A DNA stretch of 64,000 nt from positions 21,255 to 85,254 of the IMG/VR virus record IMGVR_UViG_3300037420_001796; one strand, written 5' to 3'. The stretch is from a virus (taxonomy: Duplodnaviria; Caudoviricetes). Below the pieces are notes generated by a model. That model searched no databases, was not told the origin of the DNA, and saw only the letters and a program-made list of their open reading frames with translations. Of this stretch, positions 27,301-35,943 are shown piece by piece. A program made the translations under genes and the position numbers. Position 1 is the first letter of the stretch. Each line of letters opens with the position of its first letter.

Positions 27301-27652
27301 CGACTGTCATGCCCAGATCGCGCGCCTGCTGCGTGATCCGATCGCGCGCGATGTTCAGCTGTTCGCTGACGGCTTCGTGCTTGTCGCGGCCTGCCTTGTA
27401 CGTCTCGAGGAACGTGCGACGGCGCGCCTTGGCGTTGCGACCGTCCCACACCAGAATGCACTGGCGCGGGGCAAGGTCGAAATGGTCGAGGTCAAGTGCG
27501 ACCTTCTCCCAGAAATTGTCGATGCCGTACTGGGCACCGTTGACCTGTACGTCCTTGCCGTTCTCGTCCTGGACGACACGGCCTTCATCGTGATCAACGC
27601 CGCGCAGAAGCGCGGCGTTCAGAATCGAGTTGCCGTCGATCAGCAATCTCAT
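24314..27652 (-). CDS. polA: Family A DNA polymerase with fused 5'-3' nuclease and 3'-5' exonuclease domains
   Basis: 5' nuclease motifs IDGNS, EADD and GDNSDKIPG; exonuclease motifs DIE, HNRAYE and YGCDD; polymerase motifs A DFAGQELR, B KTTNFATQY and C VHDEL. ATG at 27652 follows AGGAGTCC. Confidence 0.93.
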   Translation of the reverse strand: MRLLIDGNSILNAALLRGVDHDEGRVVQDENGKDVQVNGAQYGIDNFWEKVALDLDHFDLAPRQCILVWDGRNAKARRRTFLETYKAGRDKHEAVSEQLNIARDRITQQARDLGMTVAWQDGMEADDVLAYFAKHLRKSRNVVRSGDGDMSVLVDDNTDVWNGSDLNKNPFGMFPHKYITLYKALVGDNSDKIPGAKNFGDAAFVELVRTFGLEGLEVMQELIETDKLHRLREDIDQMPKLQRIIDSKDQVATSWRVARLMADEVNTRRRPLTIKAGMVKQWESLAPENRVHDLRRFYGTKTLVHAGNYEEILRRFKGAVQTSPFVAMDIEASTPDESDEWLEKLMAISEKSTTEKIDVLGAELTGMGITFGDNTQHTIYMTVDHKETDKVKNITLDQCRQLCEQIPSKRLYTVIHNRAYEFPVLYQHWGEVWKDNGWAGMWPNAIDTLQSSSYTNENLPLGLKDRSKLELDYEQETYEHVTTIDGKQYKMNELTAERAFNYGCDDPICTAALFTYHQVIMEIENTWDVYLAVEQKPEYLTSLAFVKGFPISMEKLVGMEKKDDERYDEAWKTLREFLMGHGWAGTVCPEYTELTPANVKEAVEIVTGGCNLDTRKKKLDALAHDIREQFPDYQSALLLADEVEKNQVGFVNSIVAANFTGDPVINFDSPVQIKRLLYDVIGITPRILIKLTDKERNDPVKAEAFRKRRKEKQGKSVTYTDEERAALKAKAAGDDTAIDLALALDKDLTDEQRKVLKALQTVKTVMTRRKLFYKTYRVIPHWKDGRVHAHLNQSRAVTRRYSASNPNVQQLPKRGEGKEFREIVLAHVIRALVGSIDFAGQELRLMAEMSGDEALTACYVGDNLRDVHSLTAVQAAPLMWNGQTITYEEFQAMRKSPDPEAALKAKKLREDAKTTNFATQYDAQAETVSKSLLVEPETAQLFIDAKEAAFPGIAPWKDEVRQAVEETGYAVTMMGARRHLAEALSSENRWEADKAARQGPNFYIQGSAGEMTKLAMSRVWDSGVFWDGRFDCQFYFPVHDELVFSAVPEHLVDVTRIVHQCMTGPYANMQIPIVGSISIGPSYGEQTECGEEFDAEVISKAIEEITGEAVAA

Positions 27653-27662
27653 TGTTGGACTC

Positions 27663-28010
27663 CTAGTTGTAGACGGACCTGCCGTCGATGTAGGTGTGGC
27701 GGCCGCACGCTTGCGGCAGCACACGTGGCTCGAGCCACGACGGGAAGCCGAGACCCTCGGAAGGCTTCTCGACGACGATCGCGTCGGTGGCTTGGTACTG
27801 CACCGGGTTCGTGCTGCGCAGCATCGTCACGACGCCTTCGCGTTGCTGCTGCGAGAGGAACCCGTAGACGAAGTTCTTCGTGACGCCGCTGGACGCCGCG
27901 GCGGCGATCAGGCCGGCGCGGGTCTTGGGCGTGCGAAGGAGGGCGAGAAGCATCTTCTCGGCAGCCTCCCTGCGCTCTTGGCGTGTAGGTTGTCCAGCGC
28001 GCCGTCTCAC
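27663..28010 (-). CDS. Hypothetical, possibly winged-helix protein
   Basis: 115 aa in an overlapping gene chain; the helical N-terminal half resembles a wHTH. Confidence 0.5.
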   Translation of the reverse strand: MRRRAGQPTRQERREAAEKMLLALLRTPKTRAGLIAAAASSGVTKNFVYGFLSQQQREGVVTMLRSTNPVQYQATDAIVVEKPSEGLGFPSWLEPRVLPQACGRHTYIDGRSVYN

Positions 28011-28240
28011 AGCAAGCCTCGCTCACGGTCTTGCTGGCAAGCCACGCAGCGTATCTTCCCGAGCGCCAGGCGGCCCGCGGGGATCGGGTCCCCACAGTCG
28101 CACTGCGTCTTCGGCCAGGTGCCGTCGGCGTTCTGTACCTGCTCGGGCTTGGCCTTGGCGCGTGCGTTGTTCACGTACGCGTCATTCAGCTGCTGCGTGA
28201 GCTCGCTCGCGGCGTCGAGTTCATCTGCCTCTCGCGTCAT
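28007..28240 (-). CDS. DksA/TraR C4 zinc-finger protein
   Basis: ADELDAASE...CDCGDPIPAGRL....RCVACQ. Confidence 0.82.
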   Translation of the reverse strand: MTREADELDAASELTQQLNDAYVNNARAKAKPEQVQNADGTWPKTQCDCGDPIPAGRLALGKIRCVACQQDRERGLL

Positions 28241-28467
28241 GCGGGAAGCTCCTCCGCGGGCACCAGCTTGTAGCGCGACACCTCTGTGAGCACCGGCTCG
28301 AGATCACCATTCGTGACCTCGCGGTGCACCGTGACTTCCACCAAATTGGTGCCCTTCACGTCGATGACGACGCGTGAGACAAGCTGTCCTTTGAGGCCGA
28401 GAACATCGAGCAGGCGTTCGCCGATGGACGCGCCAGTGGCCAGAGCCATAGGATCGTCGTAGCTCAT
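28237..28467 (-). CDS. Hypothetical protein
   Basis: 76 aa with ATGA overlaps. Confidence 0.5.
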   Translation of the reverse strand: MSYDDPMALATGASIGERLLDVLGLKGQLVSRVVIDVKGTNLVEVTVHREVTNGDLEPVLTEVSRYKLVPAEELPA

Positions 28468-28676
28468 GCCGCGCCCCACTTCTTGTATGCCCAGTCGGTC
28501 GCGATTCGACCCACCAGTACGATCAGCGCCGCTGCGAGCGCGCCCGAAAGCGTGGAGGATTCGTAGTTCGCCACCGCAGCGGAGACGTTGGCTGCTATGA
28601 AGATCAGTATTACGTCGAGGGTCGAGAAGTCCCTCTCCGAAAGGAACTTCAAGACGAGGTTCAGGGGTGCGTTCAT
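28464..28676 (-). CDS. Small membrane protein
   Basis: 70 aa with two hydrophobic segments. Confidence 0.55.
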   Translation of the reverse strand: MNAPLNLVLKFLSERDFSTLDVILIFIAANVSAAVANYESSTLSGALAAALIVLVGRIATDWAYKKWGAA

Positions 28677-29221
28677 GCGGCACCTCCGAGTGCCTCGAGA
28701 ACCTTGAGAGCTTCCGCGTGCAGATCCCCGACAGAGCCGTTGTTCGTGATCTCGACGTCGATCAAGTCGTCGGACACGCCCCGCTCGGACGCATGCACCG
28801 CAGCTTCGCCGGTCAGGCCGGTGTTGTCGGGGCGAATGATTCTGACCACGATGCCACCGGCTTCGCGGATCAGGCGCGCTTCGTTGTCGAAGCGGCAGTC
28901 GGCGCTGACCAGCGGCGGTCGACCTTCACGCACCCAGCGCCGCAGCACGCGATTGACCCACACGTCGGGGCCGAACACCGCGCGCACGCCTTCGGTGCCG
29001 AGCTTTTGCAGCGCCTGCCGGCGCGTCATGCCGAGCGCCTCGCAGTACTCTTCCTTCGAGACGTCGTCGTAATACAGATGAACAGGTTCATCTGCGATGA
29101 GCGCCGTCACTTCCTTGAGCGCATCGGCGAATGAAACTCGCCTGAATCCCTTCTGCACGAGGGCCTGCGCAAATGTGTCTTTACCGGCTCTAGCCTTGCC
29201 GGTGATTGCAACCAATCTCAT
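28673..29221 (-). CDS. Deoxynucleoside monophosphate kinase
   Basis: ITGKARAGKDT P-loop, SFADALKE, RQALQKLGTEGVR, DCRFDNE and HASE. Confidence 0.88.
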   Translation of the reverse strand: MRLVAITGKARAGKDTFAQALVQKGFRRVSFADALKEVTALIADEPVHLYYDDVSKEEYCEALGMTRRQALQKLGTEGVRAVFGPDVWVNRVLRRWVREGRPPLVSADCRFDNEARLIREAGGIVVRIIRPDNTGLTGEAAVHASERGVSDDLIDVEITNNGSVGDLHAEALKVLEALGGAA

Positions 29222-29270
29222 GTTGACCTCTTTGTTTTTGTTGTTGTCGGGTCGGTTTGAAATCTCTACA

Positions 29271-30221
29271 TCACTTGTGCTGCAGGTCCTCCACGATCTG
29301 GTCGATGCGTTCGGCCCACTCGCGACGCGTCTCTGGACGCACGAACCTGTTCGACTTGGGGCCGAACGGGTTGCCGAAGTGGGACTTGAAGTAGCGCGAT
29401 GTCATCAGCGTTGGCACCGCGGCTTGGTACAGCGCAAGGACCAGCCCGTCGGGCGGGCCCTGCAGAAGCTCTTGGCAAGTCAGGCCCGCGCCGAGGACGT
29501 CCACCGCAAGGGCGCGGCGCCGTTTCGGCAGAGGGTGCGGGGCTGGCTGGTTGAAGTGCAACCGAGGGATCAATTTGAATCGTTCACCCTGGATTGCTAC
29601 GTTCGCGAGCCAAAGCACGTCGTCCCCGACGCGGCCTGACAGGTAGGAGGCAAGCGGGTGCGACGTCTTGATCGGCGCCACGCTCACCTCGTCGTATCCG
29701 AGGTCGACGGCGGGCTTCTTCGCCTCCACCGTTCGACCGTGCAGGTTGCTCCATGCGCCTCGCGGCGAAACTTCGAGCAGCGCGTCCTCGAGCTGCACGC
29801 GCACGCGATCGCGGCGCACGTCTACTTCCACTGGCGAGCAGTGAAGGCCGACGGCCGCCAGCTTGACCAGTGGGATGCGCCAGCGCGTTGCCGATCGCTT
29901 CGTGCCGAAGTAGGCGATGCCGGAGCCTCTTCCAACCGCGCTGCGTGCGACCTTGCCGGGGTTGGGTACGAGGCCGAGGTTTCGATCCACGTACTCTTCC
30001 CACGTATTGATCACATCCGCCTCGTCGAATCGAGGCCGGGGCACGCACCACTGGTAGGGCGACACCGTGTCTCCTCGATCGAAGATCGAGAAGCCCGGCA
30101 AGTGCGTGACTGCGCCCTTGCCGTTCATCGCGGCATTCACTTCATCCAGCATTTTGTGTCTGGCCAAGATTCTCTCGAGACGGTGTACAGCGCGGTGTGG
30201 ATCGATCCACTCAGGCAGCAT
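29271..30221 (-). CDS. Hypothetical protein
   Basis: Long ORF in the coding direction of the operon; no motif recognised. Confidence 0.6.
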   Translation of the reverse strand: MLPEWIDPHRAVHRLERILARHKMLDEVNAAMNGKGAVTHLPGFSIFDRGDTVSPYQWCVPRPRFDEADVINTWEEYVDRNLGLVPNPGKVARSAVGRGSGIAYFGTKRSATRWRIPLVKLAAVGLHCSPVEVDVRRDRVRVQLEDALLEVSPRGAWSNLHGRTVEAKKPAVDLGYDEVSVAPIKTSHPLASYLSGRVGDDVLWLANVAIQGERFKLIPRLHFNQPAPHPLPKRRRALAVDVLGAGLTCQELLQGPPDGLVLALYQAAVPTLMTSRYFKSHFGNPFGPKSNRFVRPETRREWAERIDQIVEDLQHK

Positions 30222-30834
30222 GCTGCTCGAGCAAGGTACGCTCGGCCGCTGTGTCGCGGTTGATCGCACGCTCAGCGTCGAACTTCAGGCCCTTGTATCG
30301 ATCGATCAGCTTCGCGACGTTCGCCAGCAGGATCAGAGGATCCTCGTGATCCCACGGGGTTTGCTCGACGGCGAACGAGATCAGGCCGAGGGCTTCCCGC
30401 GTCGTTTGCACGAAGTCTTCCGGTTTGCGGCCGTAGCCTACCCACCGCTTGGCTTGGTCCAGCAAATGCGTGACTGCGTCGTCGATGAAGTCGAACGGGT
30501 CGATTTCGTTGATCGCGCACTGCTCGTGGATCTCGTCGACGTACGAGGTGAAGCTCTCCCACTGGTCGTCGGAGAATGCGAGGCCGATGATGTCTTGCAC
30601 GACAACTGCCAGCGCGATGCCGTAGAAGACAAGGTCTCCCTTTTCCTCGAGGGCATTCACGTCGTCCGTTGCGTTGCGCAGCTCGCGCACTTCGGTTGCG
30701 ATGCCGAGTACGGCATGCGTGAAGTCTTTGGAGAGATCGCCGCCCTTGTCCCTGCTGAACAGACCGGCGACGAATTGGGGATAGCCGATTTCGGCTAGGA
30801 CGCGCTCAGGCGTCAGATCCTGCTGTGTGCTCAT
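30211..30834 (-). CDS. Second MazG-like pyrophosphohydrolase
   Basis: HAVLGIATEVREL...NALEEKGDLVFY, with a degenerate second half. Confidence 0.72.
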   Translation of the reverse strand: MSTQQDLTPERVLAEIGYPQFVAGLFSRDKGGDLSKDFTHAVLGIATEVRELRNATDDVNALEEKGDLVFYGIALAVVVQDIIGLAFSDDQWESFTSYVDEIHEQCAINEIDPFDFIDDAVTHLLDQAKRWVGYGRKPEDFVQTTREALGLISFAVEQTPWDHEDPLILLANVAKLIDRYKGLKFDAERAINRDTAAERTLLEQHAA

Positions 30835-31570
30835 TGTTTTTCTTTTTGTACAGAGCGGTTTCGAGAGAGTACTTCAGATCCTGATCCAGATCCATGTTGT
30901 TCAACATCCACACGACATAACGACGGTCTTCGCGGATGACGTCGACGATCTTTTTGTCTTTGTGTTTGCCGAACGGAATGGTGTGAACGAGGAACGGCTC
31001 GGCAGAGGCCTCAGCAAGCTGCTGAAGGTTCATGCCTGTGCGGTCGCTGATGTGGCGAACGAGGTGGTAGGCGGTCATCACGTCTGCCATGGCTCGGTGG
31101 GCGCCTTCGGAAATCGGCAGGCCCAGCGCGTAGATCATGGTGGACAGCTGGTGGTTCTCGCTGTCGGGGTACATGCGACGGACCCAGCGCAGCGTATCGA
31201 TCTCACCCACCACGTTGGTGATGAATGGCTCAAGGCGCTTGCGATCGAACCCGATCCGGTGCCCCACGAGAACCACCGGCTCAGTGATCTTGCGCCCGTA
31301 GCAAGCTTCGTGCTCCATCGAGAAGAACTCCTCGATGGTTGGAGCCCCTTCAACGTCGGCGTTCGTGAGACCGTGAACGCCCGACGCGGCCGCGGAGATC
31401 AGCTGCTCAGGGTCGATCAACGCCTGCACTCGCTCAGTGATCGAGAAATCCTCGATCAACGGAGAGCCGCAGGACACACGCACCCAGGCCACTTCGCAGA
31501 TCTTGTTGTGATCGTCCTTGCCGGTTGTCTCCGTGTCGGCAACGATGAAACTGACGTTGTCGGGGATCAT
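30806..31570 (-). CDS. DnaQ-like 3'-5' exonuclease (ExoX-like)
   Basis: DTETTG, HRIGFD and AHRAMADV, plus a C-terminal IPFGKHK...Y..W domain. Confidence 0.85.
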   Translation of the reverse strand: MIPDNVSFIVADTETTGKDDHNKICEVAWVRVSCGSPLIEDFSITERVQALIDPEQLISAAASGVHGLTNADVEGAPTIEEFFSMEHEACYGRKITEPVVLVGHRIGFDRKRLEPFITNVVGEIDTLRWVRRMYPDSENHQLSTMIYALGLPISEGAHRAMADVMTAYHLVRHISDRTGMNLQQLAEASAEPFLVHTIPFGKHKDKKIVDVIREDRRYVVWMLNNMDLDQDLKYSLETALYKKKNNEHTAGSDA

Positions 31571-31577
31571 CGGCCTG

Positions 31578-31832
31578 TCAGGAAACGAGCGACTGCAGCT
31601 TCTGGCCGACGGAGGCCGCCTTGGCAGCTTCTGAGTCCGCTTTGTCAGCGGCCGCCTGCGAAGCCGCCGCAGCGTTCAGGTGTGCCTGAGCCTCTTCGGT
31701 CTTGCGCTGCTCGAGCGCCTTCAAGCGCGCGATCGACGCGTGCACGGCGCCCATCACGGAGTCCACGTCCCTGTGGACCACGACGCCCAGGTTGGCGAAG
31801 AAGTTGCGGATGGAGTTGAAGAAATTCGACAT
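31578..31832 (-). CDS. Small coiled-coil protein
   Basis: 84 aa, Ala-rich. Confidence 0.55.
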   Translation of the reverse strand: MSNFFNSIRNFFANLGVVVHRDVDSVMGAVHASIARLKALEQRKTEEAQAHLNAAAASQAAADKADSEAAKAASVGQKLQSLVS

Positions 31833-31834
31833 GT

Positions 31835-32041
31835 TCAGGCCTCGATGAGATAGTTCCACAGGGTCGCTGCGGAGGTTTCCGCGGAGCGTTCGGCGGTCTT
31901 CTCGCCGGGGTTGTACGGCTTCATCTCTCCAAGCCGGTACGCGGTCTCCCACTTCAGGAAGGCCGCTTTCAGGTCGTTGGGGTCGATGACGATCGTCGGG
32001 ACCTGTACGACGACGTCTTTATTTGTGATCTCTCTTGCCAT
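31835..32041 (-). CDS. Hypothetical protein
   Basis: 68 aa after an AAC-rich leader. Confidence 0.55.
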   Translation of the reverse strand: MAREITNKDVVVQVPTIVIDPNDLKAAFLKWETAYRLGEMKPYNPGEKTAERSAETSAATLWNYLIEA

Positions 32042-32070
32042 GTTGTTCTCGTTGTTGTTGGCAGGGATGG

Positions 32071-32097
32071 GGAAAGGGCGGGCCCTCAGGCCCGCCC
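32071..32097 (-). terminator. Putative intrinsic terminator after the 278-aa gene
   Basis: On the - strand, GGGCGGGCC-TGAG-GGCCCGCCC (9-bp stem) is followed by a short TTT. Confidence 0.55.
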
Positions 32098-32108
32098 CTC
32101 GGCGCCGA

Positions 32109-32945
32109 TTACAGCTTGTTCGGCAGGGTCTGCTCGATGCGCAGCTTGGTCCACTTGTCGGTGCCCTTCGTCGCCACTTCGCGAACGAAGTAGAACGTGA
32201 AGGGATCCTCGGGAACCGTGAAGCCAGGCAGGCCCATCTCGACGCACCGTGCGGTGGTCTTGAGTTGCTCCTGGTACTTGCTGAACGCGGGGATGCTCGA
32301 CTGCGACAGGGTGATCTGCACCACCTTGCCGACGCCGGCCGCATCTTCCGTGTCCGCACCGAGCACCGCGCAAGCGATGTCGATGAAGCGGCGGCTGCCG
32401 GCCTTCTCGAACTCCTCGTCCTCGCGCAGGTACGTCACGTACTCGTCGATCGTCTTGCCGACGAAGCCGCGTTGCTCCTCGCCGATGACATGATCGATGG
32501 TCTTGCCGTCCTTCGAGTAGGCCACGTAGTCCTTGGACTTCTGGTCCTTCTCGCCGGGGGAGACCTCGTAGTGCTCGTCCCAGCCGAGCATGCGCACCTT
32601 GACCCAGCGGCCGAACGAATCGTCGCCGCCTCCGGTCTGTGCGATCTCGCCGTTGTTGCCCTTGTAGGCGTCGAAGTTTCCGTAGTCGAAGCTGAAGGCG
32701 CCCTTCATGGCTTCGACTTCCTTCTGGAAACCCTTGGCCTTCGCGGCCGCATCCGCGACGCTCACCGCGCTGGCTTGCGCCGTTGCGATGGCAGTCGTGG
32801 CCGTGGTCTTCGCGGCGGCATCGGGGGCTTGGGTCGAGGCGCCGCTGGCGGCTTCACCGCCTGCGGTCTGGGTGGCTGCACCACCCTCGACGCCCGTCTC
32901 TTCGAATGCCGGCTTCTGTTCACCCTTGTGCTTATTCAGTGCCAT
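32109..32945 (-). CDS. Hypothetical replication-module protein (possible ssDNA-binding/annealing protein)
   Basis: 278 aa directly downstream of the primase, with a low-complexity N-terminus. The function is inferred from position only. Confidence 0.45.
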   Translation of the reverse strand: MALNKHKGEQKPAFEETGVEGGAATQTAGGEAASGASTQAPDAAAKTTATTAIATAQASAVSVADAAAKAKGFQKEVEAMKGAFSFDYGNFDAYKGNNGEIAQTGGGDDSFGRWVKVRMLGWDEHYEVSPGEKDQKSKDYVAYSKDGKTIDHVIGEEQRGFVGKTIDEYVTYLREDEEFEKAGSRRFIDIACAVLGADTEDAAGVGKVVQITLSQSSIPAFSKYQEQLKTTARCVEMGLPGFTVPEDPFTFYFVREVATKGTDKWTKLRIEQTLPNKL

Positions 32946-33000
32946 TTTTCTTGTTCCTTTTCGAAATCAGGCTTCACTATCACGTTTCAAAATGCCGTCC

Positions 33001-35898
33001 CTACTGCCAGGCTTCGTCCTTGTTTCGGAACGGCTCCACTCCTTCGGTCGTCATCTTTTGAATGGCGAACCGAAAGACCCTTGACTGCCCGCTTTTCTTC
33101 AGCGGGCTTTGCATGCCGAGCTTGTCCACGATCGGGGGAAACTTTCCCATCGCGCTCATGAACGCATCGGCACTTGAATACAGCGGTGTAAAGCCCTTGG
33201 CTTTACACCAGCTCGAATACTTCACGTACGTCTCGCGCATCAACAGGTGCAGCTCGTTGTTGATGACTGCGTACTCGATGCCCTCTCTCATCGCGTAGGG
33301 GCTCTCGGGGTCTTCTGTCCTGGACATCAGCGACAGATCGTTCATCAGCTTGGCCGCCTCGCTCATAGCCGCCACGTTCACTTCAAGCCGTGCGCCGTAG
33401 AGCTCTCCCTTCAGTCGATCGAGGTCCGCTTTGAACTCCGAGTCGAATACCGATGTGAGGGCCATGTCGAGGAAGTTCAAGCCTTCCAAAATCACCGCGA
33501 GGTTATAGACCTGACGGTCGTGTACGTGCACGTCGACGTACTCGGCTCGCAGCGTATCCACTAGCGGGCGAATCGATGCGGCACGCGACTCCACTGTCTC
33601 CATCATGGAAAAGCGTAGAAGCAGGGAGCCAAGTTGCGGCATGAAGTCCGACCCAGCTTTAGCGAGGTTGAAACTATCGGTGTGCTGCCGTGCGAAGTCA
33701 GGATTGAACGACACCGGGATCGAGCGCTGCACGATCGCGGTCTGCATCTCCTGCGACTCGGCGAGGAACGCCGTCGGCGCGGAGAAGGTGTAGTCGGTCA
33801 CGTCTCGGAACGAGCTCTCCGCGGCGCCCTTGCTCATGCCGCCGGAAGCGCCAGCGCCCTGGTTGTAGAGCATGCGGAAGTGCTGCAGCAAGAACTCGGT
33901 GCGCATCGGCCCCATTTCCGCTGGCTTGTACTCGTCCAGCAGCAACGGAACCGAGGCCGAGCCCGCCCACGCAGCCTTCAACGAGAAGTTGGTGGACGAG
34001 CCCGGGGAGCACCCTCGGATGATCGGTTGCGTCGTGTTGTGGAACATACGACCGAGCAGCGTTGTCGTCAGCGTCTTGCCGCAGCCGGCAGGCCCGTTCG
34101 GGTGCAGCAGCGGGAACTGGTCGAACGACGCGTGATAGAACTGCCGGTGAAAGCAGGACACGAACCAGCCGAGCATCTGCGCGACGGTTACTGGATGGTT
34201 GATGTCAAGCAGTGCATGCAGCCAGCGCCTCGTGTCCTCTGTGTTTTCGATCGGTTGGCAGTTGTGGATGTCGGTGTTGAACACCGGCTGCGTGGACACG
34301 ATCGGCTGGAACTTGTACTTGCCAGCCATCGCCTCGTTGTGCGTGAGCACTGAGTCCGGCGCGGACCAGATCACGTCCTTGCTCACACGATCCCTGATCT
34401 CCGGGTTCTGGATAACGTCCAGCCCCTCCTTGCGCACGATGTACAGCACCCTTCCGCCTTTCTTTGCGCTGCGCGAGAGCATCACCTGGATGACCCCGGC
34501 CTGCGTATCGCTTCCAGAAAACACAGCGCCGAAGCCCGCGCAATAGTTGCTCAGGGCGCTGCGTGATGTGAAGTTCTTCAGGGCGACCATGTGTCTGCCC
34601 TTGGCCTCGTTGTCGGCGCGAATGTCGCACTCGAACCCGACGACGAGGCCCTCATCAGCCTCGATCAGGACGCTCGGCTTGCGAAACGCCATGTTCGAAA
34701 GCGACTTTGCGCCATCGGCTGTTCGTTTGTAAATCCCCGAGTTCGTGATCATCATCCCCTCGAGCAGTGAGTTCTGCGCCGCGGAGACTTCAGCCTCTAC
34801 CTCCGAGGGGAGGTTGTCGTTTTCATCGTCGCTGTCGGGGACGTGCCCGATGCCGACGGATTCCGACACGCCGTCAAGGTCGCTCGTGGGAACGTCGACG
34901 TCGCACAGCGAACGGATCGCGCCTCGCGAGTACACGTAGCACGGGTTGTCGTGCGTGTAGTCCCACATGCGGCGCAGCTCCTCCTTGCGCTTGCGCGGGG
35001 AGTTGTAGCGGCTGCCGTCGCTCTGGTGGTTCTTGACCAGACCTTCGCTGGCTTCGACGAGCTCGTCGGCTGTTTTGCCGAGCGCGTTCGCCGCGATCGC
35101 CAGCTGCATCGAGATCTTCTGGAATCCAACGCCTGGCGCAAGGCCTTCGCCGGCCATGATGCGTTTGATGGTCGGCGGGAACTCGCCTTTGTAGCGAGCG
35201 AGCAGCTCTTCGTCCTTGCCCGCCTTGGCGCGGCGCTTGACCGCCTCCTCAAGCCTGCCTTGCGCCTTGATGAACGTGGCGGCAAGTTGAGGGCACAGCT
35301 CCGGAAGCTCGCGCTGGATCTCTGCGCGCGGCTCGGAGCAGATGCGGTTGTACTCCTCGGGCGTCATCGTGAACGCTTCGTCCACGGTGATCGGCACCTT
35401 GTACTTGCCGTTGCTGCGCTGCACGTTCGGCACGCGCCACATGCGCCCGCGTCGTCCCGTGTACACGCGCATGTCCATCGTGTCGACCACGAGGTCCATC
35501 GCCATTTCACGATAGATGTACGGCAGCTGCGCCACGCCGCCCTTCATTGCCTTGGGCATGAAGATCGGCTCGGGCACCTCGCAGTGGAAGCCGCGGCCGC
35601 CCGTTGCATACAGGCGCACGCTATTAAGGTTGACTCCGAGGTCCTGCAGCTTCGTCAGAAACTGCTGGAACTTCGGAATGGTCTCGCTGACGTCTTCCGC
35701 GTCCCAATCGAAATACAGCGGGCCGCTGTATTTCATCTTCGCGTAGTCGTCGCGAGTCCAGCTGTCGTCGGGGGAGGAGTAAGCGTCAAGGACGGTAACG
35801 AAGGCCGGCTTGACTTCCTCAATGATTCGCGCTCGGTGCGAGGCAATGGCTTCAACCCATTGGTCCTCACCTCCGGTACGCTGGTACCAGAAAAACAC
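33001..35898 (-). CDS. AEP-type primase fused to a P-loop helicase
   Basis: YFDWD (DxD), ATGGRGFH and RMWRVPN are AEP motifs. The C-terminal part has Walker A GPAGCGKT and Walker B LLLDE. Confidence 0.8.
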   Translation of the reverse strand: MFFWYQRTGGEDQWVEAIASHRARIIEEVKPAFVTVLDAYSSPDDSWTRDDYAKMKYSGPLYFDWDAEDVSETIPKFQQFLTKLQDLGVNLNSVRLYATGGRGFHCEVPEPIFMPKAMKGGVAQLPYIYREMAMDLVVDTMDMRVYTGRRGRMWRVPNVQRSNGKYKVPITVDEAFTMTPEEYNRICSEPRAEIQRELPELCPQLAATFIKAQGRLEEAVKRRAKAGKDEELLARYKGEFPPTIKRIMAGEGLAPGVGFQKISMQLAIAANALGKTADELVEASEGLVKNHQSDGSRYNSPRKRKEELRRMWDYTHDNPCYVYSRGAIRSLCDVDVPTSDLDGVSESVGIGHVPDSDDENDNLPSEVEAEVSAAQNSLLEGMMITNSGIYKRTADGAKSLSNMAFRKPSVLIEADEGLVVGFECDIRADNEAKGRHMVALKNFTSRSALSNYCAGFGAVFSGSDTQAGVIQVMLSRSAKKGGRVLYIVRKEGLDVIQNPEIRDRVSKDVIWSAPDSVLTHNEAMAGKYKFQPIVSTQPVFNTDIHNCQPIENTEDTRRWLHALLDINHPVTVAQMLGWFVSCFHRQFYHASFDQFPLLHPNGPAGCGKTLTTTLLGRMFHNTTQPIIRGCSPGSSTNFSLKAAWAGSASVPLLLDEYKPAEMGPMRTEFLLQHFRMLYNQGAGASGGMSKGAAESSFRDVTDYTFSAPTAFLAESQEMQTAIVQRSIPVSFNPDFARQHTDSFNLAKAGSDFMPQLGSLLLRFSMMETVESRAASIRPLVDTLRAEYVDVHVHDRQVYNLAVILEGLNFLDMALTSVFDSEFKADLDRLKGELYGARLEVNVAAMSEAAKLMNDLSLMSRTEDPESPYAMREGIEYAVINNELHLLMRETYVKYSSWCKAKGFTPLYSSADAFMSAMGKFPPIVDKLGMQSPLKKSGQSRVFRFAIQKMTTEGVEPFRNKDEAWQ

Positions 35899-35943
35899 TA
35901 AGCCCTCTTTTTTGTTTTTGTTTTCGGGGCCCAGTTACGGGAC

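Noticed and set aside
19745-30834. 2-aminoadenine (Z-genome) pathway suggested by HD, MazG and PolA
   Set aside because: No PurZ (adenylosuccinate synthetase-like) gene is present in the window, and the polymerase retains a 5' nuclease, unlike described DpoZ enzymes.
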